From positions 1-43,072 of IMG/VR virus record IMGVR_UViG_3300030372_003692: a DNA stretch of 43,072 bases. One strand, given 5' to 3'. A program made the translations under genes and the position numbers. This document shows, one piece after another, positions 8,008 to 17,518 of the stretch. The stretch comes from a virus. Its lineage: Duplodnaviria > Caudoviricetes. The notes beneath the pieces are model-generated. The model was not told where the DNA came from. It saw only the letters and a program-made list of their open reading frames with translations, and made no database searches. Position 1 is the first letter of the stretch; each line of letters opens with the position of its first letter.

Positions 8008-8036
8008 GTTATAGTCCTAAAAAAGGACTAATGCAA
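8008..8036 (-). promoter_or_regulatory. Leftward promoter with overlapping palindromic operator
   Basis: On the minus strand TTGCAT-N17-TATAAC; palindrome TAGTCCT-N5-AGGACTA at 8012-8030. Confidence 0.75.
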
Positions 8037-8160
8037 AAAAATACATATAGATAATGAAATTTTTATTTCAAGTTGAATTTAACAAAAAGGGAATATAAAA
8101 TATATTTATATTATAAATAACGCTAAATAAATAATTCTTATATTATTGCAGGGTTAAACA

Positions 8161-9588
8161 TTGGACTATAAAGACATTTCAAAAATAATAGAGATGATCT
8201 CAACAGATGAGGAACTAAACTCCTCTTATAAAAATGGTTCAGTGACCCTGAATCAACCTTTTGAGAACGAAGATAAAACCAAGCTTTTAGGTGTATACGC
8301 TAAAAATCAAGCGGGCGAAACTGTTTTAGTAAAATTTCTAGATAAAGATTATGCAGATGTTTTTTCAGATCCTTCTAATATCTCAGGATTAAAAGAACAG
8401 TATAAATGTGATTTAGAACAAGACCCGTCTACGCCTAATTACTGGATGTGCAAAATATTAAACCTGCATATTCCATTTGCTGATGCGGTCAAATCTTTTG
8501 AGCATAAAGTATTTTTCGACTACGCGAACAAGAAAGTTAAAAGCGTGCGCGATGGTGTGCAAGAATATAAGGGCATCGAGTTAGACATACAGCCTTACGA
8601 TAAAGTTTTCACTGTATATAGAGCTCCAGAGACAATCACAAAGATTGTAGGCTTACTTGATGGTTTACCTCTTATTGAAGATCACATCGACCCGAAAGAA
8701 GCTCCTGCCGAGGATACCATAAACGGATCTATTGAAGGCACAGAGATTGTCGAGTTTAACGAGGGTTATAAAGATTCAACTCTGTATTTAGAGAATACAG
8801 TCAACCTTAACGATAAGGGATTAGAGACCCTATCAAAAGGTAAAAGACAGCTTTCCTTGGGTTACTTAGGAAAATTAAAAGAGCATAATATTTACGACTT
8901 TGAGCAATTTGAAATAATGCCTACACATTTGGCGATTGTTGATAGAGCAAGAGGTGGGGATGTTTTGACTTTTGAAGATAAAAAAACAAACAAGGACAAT
9001 GACATGGAAAATAGCTTTGTTGATGAGGATGGTAAAATTTCTCTTCAGAAAGTTGCTGATATGGCCGGATCTCTTCAGGAGGCTTTAAAAAACGCCCCTC
9101 TTGAGGAAATTGTAGCAGTCATGCCAACTTTACAAGCTCTTGTAGCCTCCGCTAAATCAAATGATCCATCTTTACAGACTGAAGAAGTGGTTGAAAAAGA
9201 TGAGGCTGTAGAGTCAGAAGATATGGAAAGTAAATCTTCTGAAGGTGAAGAGGAAGAAATGAAAGATATGGAATATGAGAAAAAAGACGAAAAAGAAGAA
9301 TCTTTTGAAGACTCTCAAAAATTCATTGACGCCGTAAATGATGCAGTTTCTAAAAAATTAAAAACTGTAGAAAAAGCTAAACAATTTCTACCAGAAACTT
9401 ATAATTTTGTAGACTCTAGCATTAATAAAATTATGCATGACTCTGTAAAAGAAGAAACTGGTCAAACTTTCGAAGATTCGGAAATTGCAGTAGCATTTAA
9501 AATGCTTAAAAAACAAACAAGTAACTACCAGAATTTCGGCGACGAGCTAAAAGATGCTTGGGCTGATATGGATAATAAGGAGATTTAA
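8161..9588 (+). CDS. Prohead protease/scaffold (DUF2213-type) with N-terminal extension
   Basis: VYRAPE, LSLGY and HLAIVDRARGG motifs; acidic scaffold C-half. Start uncertain (TTG 8161 or ATG 8194). Confidence 0.85.
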   Translation: MDYKDISKIIEMISTDEELNSSYKNGSVTLNQPFENEDKTKLLGVYAKNQAGETVLVKFLDKDYADVFSDPSNISGLKEQYKCDLEQDPSTPNYWMCKILNLHIPFADAVKSFEHKVFFDYANKKVKSVRDGVQEYKGIELDIQPYDKVFTVYRAPETITKIVGLLDGLPLIEDHIDPKEAPAEDTINGSIEGTEIVEFNEGYKDSTLYLENTVNLNDKGLETLSKGKRQLSLGYLGKLKEHNIYDFEQFEIMPTHLAIVDRARGGDVLTFEDKKTNKDNDMENSFVDEDGKISLQKVADMAGSLQEALKNAPLEEIVAVMPTLQALVASAKSNDPSLQTEEVVEKDEAVESEDMESKSSEGEEEEMKDMEYEKKDEKEESFEDSQKFIDAVNDAVSKKLKTVEKAKQFLPETYNFVDSSINKIMHDSVKEETGQTFEDSEIAVAFKMLKKQTSNYQNFGDELKDAWADMDNKEI

Positions 9589-9591
9589 AAA

Positions 9592-10050
9592 ATGTCATTC
9601 CCTACTGGTTTTAAAGGAGACCACCAGCTTGTCGGTTCTGGTGAAAATTACGCACAAGGTATTGTGCTAAGTGGCGATTCTTTTGAGAATGGTTTAGTAG
9701 CTGGTCGTTTTGCAAAAATTGACTCTGGTTCAATTGATAACATCGACTCTTCAGCTTCTCCGGTTATTGCTGGCGTAGTTTTAAGAGACGTAGCTATGCC
9801 TGTTGAAGATGGTGAAGCTTATGATAGCTCACTTTATACTAAAGTAGACTATCAGCGCGAAGGACTTATTACTGTTCAAGCTGTAACTGGTCAAACTCCG
9901 GCAGCTTTTGCAGCTATTTATGTAGAAAATCAAACTCCAGCTGACTACGGCAAGGCTACTACTACTAGTGCCGGCAATGCTGATGCTAACGCTGAGTTTA
10001 TTAAGATTGTTGATAGTGCTAACGACGTTTGGCAGATCAGACTTAAATAA
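9592..10050 (+). CDS. Capsid decoration/cement protein
   Basis: Between protease and major capsid genes; GRFAK..G.....D....P.IAGVV.R pattern. Confidence 0.7.
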   Translation: MSFPTGFKGDHQLVGSGENYAQGIVLSGDSFENGLVAGRFAKIDSGSIDNIDSSASPVIAGVVLRDVAMPVEDGEAYDSSLYTKVDYQREGLITVQAVTGQTPAAFAAIYVENQTPADYGKATTTSAGNADANAEFIKIVDSANDVWQIRLK

Positions 10051-10064
10051 AAGGAATCAGAAAA

Positions 10065-11036
10065 ATGAAACTAGGACATCTATACAATACTTTATCTTTT
10101 AAAGATATGGCTGAATTTGTTAGTGAAACAATCAAGCAAGTACGTTTTACTGACTCTTATAATGGTGCAGTTCTGGAAAGAAATCTAACTTCGGTAGACC
10201 CTAAGATATTAGAGAAAAAATATCCGGAATGTACTTTCTTTAACATTGGCATTGATTCTGACAATAGCGGCGGAACTGCAAAGCGTATCCAGTCTTTAAG
10301 ACTATTGGATCACGGTGAGTTTGCCATGGCTGGCGATAGAACTTCAAACAAAGGTAAGATTTCTATTTCTGGTGAAGACAATGACATTCTTGTCTACGAT
10401 AAAGAAGCTTTCGCTGAGTGGACTAAAGGCGACATTGAAACTGCTGCTGTAGAAAATTACAGCTTAACTAATCGCCTTATGAGTGCTATGGACAAGCAGT
10501 ATAAAAGAGAAATTGACGAGATAGGTTTTACTGGTATTGGCGCAAATGCTGGTCTTCTTAACAACTCTGAATTTTCAACAAGTGTAGCAAGTGGATCTAT
10601 AGCAAGTCTCTCACCTCAGGATCTTTATGACGAGATAGCTTCACTCATTACAGATCAGCATAATGGCGTGGCTAATACTTTAGAATATATGGCCGATGTC
10701 GTAGTTATGCCGACTGATGTTCTAAATCACATTCAAAGAACTATGCTAAACACTAATGCAGATACCTCAACTATTTTAGCAGCTTTAAGAAGTAATTTTG
10801 CAGGCGTAAATTTTGTCTCTTCTTATCGTGCTAATGATGGAGGTTTAAGTTCTGCATCCGCTACAGTAGCACTAAAAGCAAGTGAAGACACAATGAAGTT
10901 TAGAATTCCAACTCCTCTAGAAATTGGCCAAATTATACAACTTGGTTCATTTAATTGGAAAGTTGATGCTCGTTATAGAGCAGCTGGACTTGATATTCTT
11001 GAGTCTACTTCTGGTAGAATCCTTACTGGACTATAA
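10065..11036 (+). CDS. Major capsid protein (DUF2184-type, HK97 fold)
   Basis: LT.VDPKILEKKYPE and GLLN motifs; size and position. Confidence 0.88.
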   Translation: MKLGHLYNTLSFKDMAEFVSETIKQVRFTDSYNGAVLERNLTSVDPKILEKKYPECTFFNIGIDSDNSGGTAKRIQSLRLLDHGEFAMAGDRTSNKGKISISGEDNDILVYDKEAFAEWTKGDIETAAVENYSLTNRLMSAMDKQYKREIDEIGFTGIGANAGLLNNSEFSTSVASGSIASLSPQDLYDEIASLITDQHNGVANTLEYMADVVVMPTDVLNHIQRTMLNTNADTSTILAALRSNFAGVNFVSSYRANDGGLSSASATVALKASEDTMKFRIPTPLEIGQIIQLGSFNWKVDARYRAAGLDILESTSGRILTGL

Positions 11037-11044
11037 TTCATATA

Positions 11045-11068
11045 GCCCCTTTTCGAAGGGGCATTATT
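11045..11068 (+). terminator. Hairpin after the capsid gene (terminator or mRNA stabiliser)
   Basis: GCCCCTT-TTCG-AAGGGGC with a weak U tract. Confidence 0.65.
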
Positions 11069-11087
11069 AATAAAAAGGAAAAAAATT

Positions 11088-11276
11088 ATGTCTGACGATA
11101 ATAAAAATTCAACATCCAAAGTAGAATCTTATTCTTTTATAGGAAAAGAAAATTTTCATATTTTAGGAGTTAAAATTGCTAATAATTTTAAACTAGAAAA
11201 AAAACTTAAAGACAATGAAGCTTTTATGAAAAGATTTAACCACGCTTTAAAAATAGGCGTAGTTATAAAGGGTTAA
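11088..11276 (+). CDS. Small head-associated hypothetical protein
   Basis: ORF with RBS after the capsid gene. Confidence 0.6.
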   Translation: MSDDNKNSTSKVESYSFIGKENFHILGVKIANNFKLEKKLKDNEAFMKRFNHALKIGVVIKG

Positions 11277-11277
11277 C

Positions 11278-11640
11278 ATGTCTTTATTAGATGACTTTAA
11301 AGTAAGATTTCAAAACGACTCAAAACTTGATTTAGTGGCTATTGAGAATGATTGGGCAAGCTTAGATCCTATATGGAATTGTTACTATTGCTTTAATTAC
11401 GGTCAGGACTCCTGCACTGACGAGGCAATATTTAACTTAATTGCTCACTTATGGCTTGCTGAAAGTTCATCTAAAACTTCTCCTATAAAACCGACACAGA
11501 GTAAGAGCGTTGGCTCTGTGTCGGTTACTTATAACGCTAGTGATGATGCTAGCAATAATACACTTTTTTATAACACTACGATCTACGGGCAAAGATTCCT
11601 TAGACTATCAATGAAAAATAGAGGCGGTTATTTTGTATGA
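11278..11640 (+). CDS. Head-tail adaptor (DUF4054-type)
   Basis: LIAHL, SKSVGSVSVTY and TIYGQRF motifs. Confidence 0.85.
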   Translation: MSLLDDFKVRFQNDSKLDLVAIENDWASLDPIWNCYYCFNYGQDSCTDEAIFNLIAHLWLAESSSKTSPIKPTQSKSVGSVSVTYNASDDASNNTLFYNTTIYGQRFLRLSMKNRGGYFV

Positions 11641-12104
11641 AAAAATTAACGCCAGAGGAACTGCAAAAAAAGATACAAGCTCAAATAAATAACATTGAGA
11701 AACTTAAAACTATGTCGGTAAAAGTCGGCATTATATCAAGTGGTTCTGGTGTTTATGAAAATGGCGAAAACGTCGTAGATGTAGGAATAAAACACGAATA
11801 CGGAACTAAAGACATTCCTCGTAGATCATTTTTAAGAACTCCTTTTTTTATTAAAAAAAACGAGCTATCTAAATTTATTAATAAACAATTTAATAAAGTT
11901 ATAGACCAGGGGATGCCTGCAGAAACTGCTCTTGAGCTTATAGGTGTTAAGGCTCAGTCTATTAGTCAAAAGGCTTTTACAAATAATGGTTACGGTCAAT
12001 GGCAATCACTATCTCCTAAGACTATTGAAAAAAAAGGATCATCACAACCGCTTATTGATACTGGCACTTTAAGGAACTCTATAACTTATCAGGTTACTAA
12101 ATGA
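11637..12104 (+). CDS. Neck/virion morphogenesis protein
   Basis: HEYGT..IPRRSFLR and LIDTGTLRNSITY motifs. Confidence 0.85.
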   Translation: MKKLTPEELQKKIQAQINNIEKLKTMSVKVGIISSGSGVYENGENVVDVGIKHEYGTKDIPRRSFLRTPFFIKKNELSKFINKQFNKVIDQGMPAETALELIGVKAQSISQKAFTNNGYGQWQSLSPKTIEKKGSSQPLIDTGTLRNSITYQVTK

Positions 12105-12427
12105 GTATTTTAGATATGTCGGACGCTCTTGACGGATTTGAGCAAAATGTAACTTTTACGGAAAGAAGTACTTTTACTGTAAATTTTGAAGAGTTTGAAA
12201 CTTGTACTGACGTTATTATTCCTGCGGTTATTCAACCTGCTCAAAAAGAAGATATAAATGTTGCTAATGTCGATTGGTCGAAAGAATATATTTTAATTCA
12301 TAGTACTCAACCATTAAAGATTAATTACTTTATTAAATGGGATGGCATCTTATTTAAGATGTTTAATTTGGGCAATTATAAAGATTATTGCTATTACGAA
12401 GCTATAGCAGAAGAGGTCAAAGAATGA
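12101..12427 (+). CDS. Head-closure (stopper) protein
   Basis: Position in the neck module; AVIQPA motif. Confidence 0.6.
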   Translation: MSILDMSDALDGFEQNVTFTERSTFTVNFEEFETCTDVIIPAVIQPAQKEDINVANVDWSKEYILIHSTQPLKINYFIKWDGILFKMFNLGNYKDYCYYEAIAEEVKE

Positions 12428-12912
12428 TTGACCCAATTGTACAGGTAAAACTATTTGTTAGAGATTTATTAAATGTTGGCGAGTGTCACATAGTTTCAGG
12501 ACGTGATAATGCTTATGATAATCAAACTGACTTGTTAATTTCAGTAGATGATTTATCTCCTGCTATACAGCAAAGAGTAACAGAAACGTATAATGGTACT
12601 TCTGAAGAAATGACCATAGACGCTTTTATGTTAGGTCAATTTACTATAAATTTTTATGGCAATAAAGGCAAAGCAAAAGAAAACGCTTATATATTTAGTA
12701 CTCTTAGAAATACAGAAGCAGCTCGTACTCTTCAAAAAACTCATGGTATATCAATATTTAGAATCTCTGCTATAGCTGACTTAAAGCAATTAGCAGGAAA
12801 AACATACCATGAAAGATATGAGCTAACTGTAAATGTAGGTTACAATATAACAAATAAGATAGAAACATTGCGCTTTGATGAAGCTCAATTTGAATTCATA
12901 GACGATAAATAA
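12424..12912 (+). CDS. Tail terminator/completion protein
   Basis: Precedes the sheath gene; INFYG motif; ATGA overlap start. Confidence 0.6.
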   Translation: MIDPIVQVKLFVRDLLNVGECHIVSGRDNAYDNQTDLLISVDDLSPAIQQRVTETYNGTSEEMTIDAFMLGQFTINFYGNKGKAKENAYIFSTLRNTEAARTLQKTHGISIFRISAIADLKQLAGKTYHERYELTVNVGYNITNKIETLRFDEAQFEFIDDK

Positions 12913-12924
12913 AGGAACAAAAAA

Positions 12925-14424
12925 ATGGCTGATCTTAGCAATGTCGTAACAGCTTCTCTCATTGAAGCAGGCGTATCAGTTGCGCGCGACAATATGAATG
13001 TTACTTGTATTATGACGAGTACAGAAGGGATATTAAACTCTTCTAACAGGTATGAGCTATACTCTACAGCTCAAGAAGTTATAACTGATTTTGGAAGTAC
13101 CTCACCAGAAGCTCAATTTGCTAATGTGTTTTTTGCTCAATCACCTAATCCAGTAGATGTTGATGGCGTTCTAGTTATAGGGTTTTGGCGCGCAGTAGAT
13201 GAAAACGTTGCAGCATCTGCAGCAATATTGACTGGTGAGCAAGTAACAGCTAATGCAACTATTCCAGTATTGCAAAGTGTTTCAGATGGCTCATTTGATA
13301 TTGATATAGATGGCGTAACAGAAAATATAAGCAGCTTAGACTTCCGCACATCAACTACTATGGCTGAAGTTGCCACTGTTATTGATACCGCGCTTTCTGG
13401 AGCTACTTGCGCATATACAAATCAATCTTTTGTAATTACTAGCTCTACTACTGGCGCTTCATCTACACTAACTTACACTACTGCTGGTGCTTCTGGTACT
13501 TATGTTGGTATTTCACTTGGTTTGGATGCGAACAGTTCTTCAGTTATTGTACAAGGTGCAGCATCTTCTATATTAAGTGCTGAAACTAAAGTAGCAGGCA
13601 TAACAGCTGTAAAAGCTGATGTAAACTTCAAAGGTTCTTGTTTTATAGACACTACAACAGATCAAGAGTCAAAAGACCTAGCTACATGGGGTCAAGCTAA
13701 CTCTGTAATGCAGTATGATGTCTTTAGTGATGCTACTAATTTAAATGTGAGTGTAACTAATCCAGTTTGGGAAATAAAACTTGCTGGTCAAACTAACTAC
13801 AGAATGCTTTACAGTAAGGCAGGAAATAGAACTCTTGCAGCTGGTTACATGGCTAGAAATCACACTGTTTTATTTACTGGTGAGAATACATCTCAAACAA
13901 TGCATCTTAAAGAAATTAAGAGCGTAGCAGCAGAAAGCTATACTCAAACTGAGATTGACGCTGCCAAGACTGTAGGTTTAGATATTTACACAATATTTAA
14001 AGAAACTGTGCCTAAGCTATTGACTAGCGGCGCGAATGGGTTTACTGACGATGTCTATAACCTTATGGCTTATATTGATGCCGTACAGACTGACGCATTT
14101 AATATTCTTGGAACTACTACGACTAAAATTCCACAGACTACACCAGGATTAAATAATCTACTTGACGGATTAGAGGCAACCTCTCAAGGTTTTGTTACTG
14201 CGGGCGTATTCGCTCCTGGAACATGGACATTAAATCAAAGATTCGGAGATGTAGACACATTCAATAGAAATATTGAGGAAAAAGGTTTTTATTGGTATGC
14301 AATACCGCTATCAGAACAACCTCAATCCGAGAGAGATGATAGAAAAACTCCAGTTTTACAAAATGCTGTTAAGAATGCGGGTGCGTTCCATAGCACAAAT
14401 ATTATTATAACTTGGAACCGATAA
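12925..14424 (+). CDS. Tail sheath protein (DUF3383-type)
   Basis: FFAQSPNP, KIPQT..G and QSERDDRKTP...AGAFH motifs; 499 aa. Confidence 0.9.
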   Translation: MADLSNVVTASLIEAGVSVARDNMNVTCIMTSTEGILNSSNRYELYSTAQEVITDFGSTSPEAQFANVFFAQSPNPVDVDGVLVIGFWRAVDENVAASAAILTGEQVTANATIPVLQSVSDGSFDIDIDGVTENISSLDFRTSTTMAEVATVIDTALSGATCAYTNQSFVITSSTTGASSTLTYTTAGASGTYVGISLGLDANSSSVIVQGAASSILSAETKVAGITAVKADVNFKGSCFIDTTTDQESKDLATWGQANSVMQYDVFSDATNLNVSVTNPVWEIKLAGQTNYRMLYSKAGNRTLAAGYMARNHTVLFTGENTSQTMHLKEIKSVAAESYTQTEIDAAKTVGLDIYTIFKETVPKLLTSGANGFTDDVYNLMAYIDAVQTDAFNILGTTTTKIPQTTPGLNNLLDGLEATSQGFVTAGVFAPGTWTLNQRFGDVDTFNRNIEEKGFYWYAIPLSEQPQSERDDRKTPVLQNAVKNAGAFHSTNIIITWNR

Positions 14425-14437
14425 GGAAAAGTAAAAA

Positions 14438-14863
14438 ATGTCTACTATTCAATTACTGGCCGATTCCACAACATTAGTGCTGAATGGTCGCCTATTTAAT
14501 GACTTTATAGACGGGGATGCTTTGGTTTTATCTTCGCCTAATGAATTAGCGTCGAGAAATAGATCTACTAGAGGTATTAACATCCAAAAAAGATCAGATT
14601 CAAATGTAAAAGATTTAACTTTTACAGTTCCTAAATATTCTGATGATGACATTTATATGAATTCTCAAATAAATAAAGATATACCTGTAATTTTTAAAGG
14701 ATCTGTCAAAGAAAATTATATCAAGGACGGATTAGAGTTTGTAACTACCTATACTCTTGAAGATGGTACTATTACAACTCAACCAACAGACACTAGAAAC
14801 AATGTTGACGGCAATCAAGATATGTCTTATACAATTCAGTTTAACAAAGCAATAAGAGCATAA
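14438..14863 (+). CDS. Tail tube protein (DUF3277-type)
   Basis: Follows the sheath gene; 141 aa, beta-rich. Confidence 0.8.
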   Translation: MSTIQLLADSTTLVLNGRLFNDFIDGDALVLSSPNELASRNRSTRGINIQKRSDSNVKDLTFTVPKYSDDDIYMNSQINKDIPVIFKGSVKENYIKDGLEFVTTYTLEDGTITTQPTDTRNNVDGNQDMSYTIQFNKAIRA

Positions 14864-14867
14864 TAAA

Positions 14868-15230
14868 ATGAACAACAACGCTGCCCAAGAAGAAAAAAGA
14901 GACGATGTAGTTAAAGGATGTTATGAGGACGGAAGCGCAGAAATAAACGGACGATCTTATAAATTCTGTAAAGTTAATCATAAAAAGAGGCTAAAAATAT
15001 TTGGCTACGCTTCAAAGATTAGCAAGCTTCTAAATGAAGGTAATCTATCATTCTTGGGCAGCGATGAGCAGTTAGCTATCGAGGATTTAATTTTTTCCAA
15101 CATGACTTATAATGATTCAAGTTTGGCAAAAATTGACAATCATTTTGAGAAGTACGGTGAAGATTATATTCCTTTGTTTACTATGTCTTTATCGGTTTTT
15201 TCTTATCCTTTTATGAAAGGGAGCCATTAG
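14868..15230 (+). CDS. Tail assembly chaperone (G-like)
   Basis: Position after the tube gene. Confidence 0.65.
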   Translation: MNNNAAQEEKRDDVVKGCYEDGSAEINGRSYKFCKVNHKKRLKIFGYASKISKLLNEGNLSFLGSDEQLAIEDLIFSNMTYNDSSLAKIDNHFEKYGEDYIPLFTMSLSVFSYPFMKGSH

Positions 15231-15295
15231 AGTTTTATTTTGCTTATAAGAGGTCACGTGAAAAGTTTGTAAAGAAAACGAATATTTCAGATTAT

Positions 15296-15442
15296 ATGGC
15301 CTCTTGTTTATTTTTAGTAAAGGCTGGTTATGGCTCCCTGAAAGAAGTCGAGGCAATGGATACAAAGACCTTTTTAGATTGCTTAGAGAATGAAGAAATT
15401 AAAAACGCTATTGAGCAGCATTTAATAAACGAGGTCAAATAA
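15296..15442 (+). CDS. Tail assembly chaperone second ORF (T-like, probably reached by -1 frameshift)
   Basis: Hand-translated MASCLFLVKAGYGSLKEVEAMDTKTFLDCLENEEIK; the frame is open from 15161 and overlaps the upstream gene in -1. Confidence 0.65.
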   Translation: MASCLFLVKAGYGSLKEVEAMDTKTFLDCLENEEIKNAIEQHLINEVK

Positions 15443-15443
15443 A

Positions 15444-16268
15444 TTGAGCAATTTAGAAAGATTTTTAAACTGGGTAGCGCCGGATTCACCAAAGAACGAT
15501 GATAAGCAATACATCGGAATAGGTGGTTTTAAAACTTTTGTCGCTATCTCTGAAACAACAAACTTTGCCGCTACTGCTCCCGATATAGTATGCGAGGACT
15601 TAACGACCGTTCAAGATTCTATTATTAACACGCCTAAAATATACACCATAGTAGGCGAAGTGGCCGACATCTTTCTTGAAAGTACTCCTAAAACTGGGTT
15701 GCCTGCAAAAATAGAAAAAGTGTTAAATGTAGCTACACCATATATACCAGATAGAACACTTTCACAAATTCAAAAAATTAATGAACAAATAGGCACAATA
15801 AAAAATGTAATTGACAATATAGATAATGTTTTTGGCGATGTTCAGGAAGTTTTTGATATTATAGGGGATAAGTCACCTACATCTTCAATCAAAGAAGATT
15901 TTTTTAAAAAAATAGAAAGAGCATATGATACTAAAACTATAATTGATATAGAATTAGGATACGGTGTAAGAAAACAAGTCTTAATAACTAGCTTTAGCTA
16001 TACAGAAACAAACGACGGCGATACTGGAGATTTTTCTTTAAGTTTTAAAGAGATACGTATAGCAAGTATAGGATTGTTTAGAGATAATCAAGAGCTAACG
16101 CCAGCGGAAGAGGCAAAAGTTAAACCAAATTCTACAGTAGGCGGTCAATTTGATAGCGTCACAGACAAAGGAATAAACGACAACATACAAACCACACAAG
16201 AAAAAGCCGCGCAGGTTTTTCAGAGCATAGGTTTTAGTAATATTGCTGAAGCTGTTGGAGGTCTATAA
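15444..16268 (+). CDS. Dit-like baseplate/tube initiator protein
   Basis: IGIGGF, EDLTTVQDSIINTP..I.GEVAD and FSLSFKEIR patterns. Confidence 0.65.
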   Translation: MSNLERFLNWVAPDSPKNDDKQYIGIGGFKTFVAISETTNFAATAPDIVCEDLTTVQDSIINTPKIYTIVGEVADIFLESTPKTGLPAKIEKVLNVATPYIPDRTLSQIQKINEQIGTIKNVIDNIDNVFGDVQEVFDIIGDKSPTSSIKEDFFKKIERAYDTKTIIDIELGYGVRKQVLITSFSYTETNDGDTGDFSLSFKEIRIASIGLFRDNQELTPAEEAKVKPNSTVGGQFDSVTDKGINDNIQTTQEKAAQVFQSIGFSNIAEAVGGL

Positions 16269-17518
16269 TGGAAGTTAATAAAGTCATTACAGTTTTTGAG
16301 TTTAAAGGCGATACAAAAGCCATAAAAGATACAGGTAATGCGCTGCAAGATGTCTCGGAAAATTCTGCTATTGCAGGCAAAAGAGTTGAGGGGGCTGGAG
16401 AATCATTCTTAAGCATGGGTAAGAATGCCGCCGCTGGACTAGCTAGCGTAACTGCCCTTGCTGCTGGCATAGCTAAAATCACTGAAAATGTTTTTCAGTT
16501 AGGAAAAGAAACGGCAGAATTAAAAGGTCTAGGAATAGACCCAGTAGCATTTAGAGATACTGAAGATTTATTTTCAAGACTTGGCGCGGCTGATGGTGAC
16601 GCTTCCAACTTTGTAAAGAAAATAGCCGAGGCTCAAAATCAATTATCATTAGGTTTAGATGCCCCGTTTGCTAAATCTATAGCTGAACAATTTGGTGTTC
16701 TTATAGGTGAAGGTGATAGCGCGGCTGATGTTCTCGAGAGATTAAGAGAGGCAACGGAAAAGCAAGGATTTACAGCGGGTCAAATATCTGTTAAAGCTGG
16801 TGAGCTAGGCTTTAGTCCTGAGTTTTCTAAAGTGCTACTTGCTACTAATGACCAATTTGCAGAAGCTACTGAGGCAATTAAAAATTTAGCTCAGGCTGAT
16901 AGAGAACTTTTAGAACAATCAGAAGAAGTTACTCAAGCTTGGAAAAATTTAACTCATGCCTCAGAAAGACTATTTGAACGCTTTTCACTTGGATTGATGC
17001 CTGTTCTCGATGCTGTAATAACTGTATTAGATATGGTAGTTGATGGCTGGTCGAGAATATTTAATCTAGCTGATGAAATGTTAGTTCCTGTATTTACTGA
17101 GTTATTTACATTTATAGATAAAAGAGTAATACCTGTTTTTGAGTCTGTAGTTAATTTTATGAAGGACGGATTTCTTGCAGGTTTCGAATTAGTAACAAAA
17201 GCCTTTGATTTTTTTGCTGATATATTTAAGAAAAATGTCATTCCTGTTGTTGATTTGATAATTGAAACGTTCTTTGATATTGTGGACGCAATAAGAGAAG
17301 CTATATCAAATATTCCTTTTGTAGGTGGTGAGTTTAAGCCAATTGACAGACCTCAACGCCCTAATTTTGCACAAGGTATATCTAGCACAAATAGTAATAT
17401 AAATAACAGTCAATCAACTGTAAATGTAAATATTAGTGGCATGACGACAGACCAAATAAACGATCTTATCAGAAAAGCTCAACAAAAACAATCATCTATA
17501 AGCGCGGGCTCTTGGTAA
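16268..17518 (+). CDS. Tape measure protein (short)
   Basis: Helical Ala/Gly-rich sequence; N-terminal ITVFEFKGD, amphipathic aromatic-periodic region, C-terminal SQSTVNVNISG. Confidence 0.75.
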   Translation: MEVNKVITVFEFKGDTKAIKDTGNALQDVSENSAIAGKRVEGAGESFLSMGKNAAAGLASVTALAAGIAKITENVFQLGKETAELKGLGIDPVAFRDTEDLFSRLGAADGDASNFVKKIAEAQNQLSLGLDAPFAKSIAEQFGVLIGEGDSAADVLERLREATEKQGFTAGQISVKAGELGFSPEFSKVLLATNDQFAEATEAIKNLAQADRELLEQSEEVTQAWKNLTHASERLFERFSLGLMPVLDAVITVLDMVVDGWSRIFNLADEMLVPVFTELFTFIDKRVIPVFESVVNFMKDGFLAGFELVTKAFDFFADIFKKNVIPVVDLIIETFFDIVDAIREAISNIPFVGGEFKPIDRPQRPNFAQGISSTNSNINNSQSTVNVNISGMTTDQINDLIRKAQQKQSSISAGSW

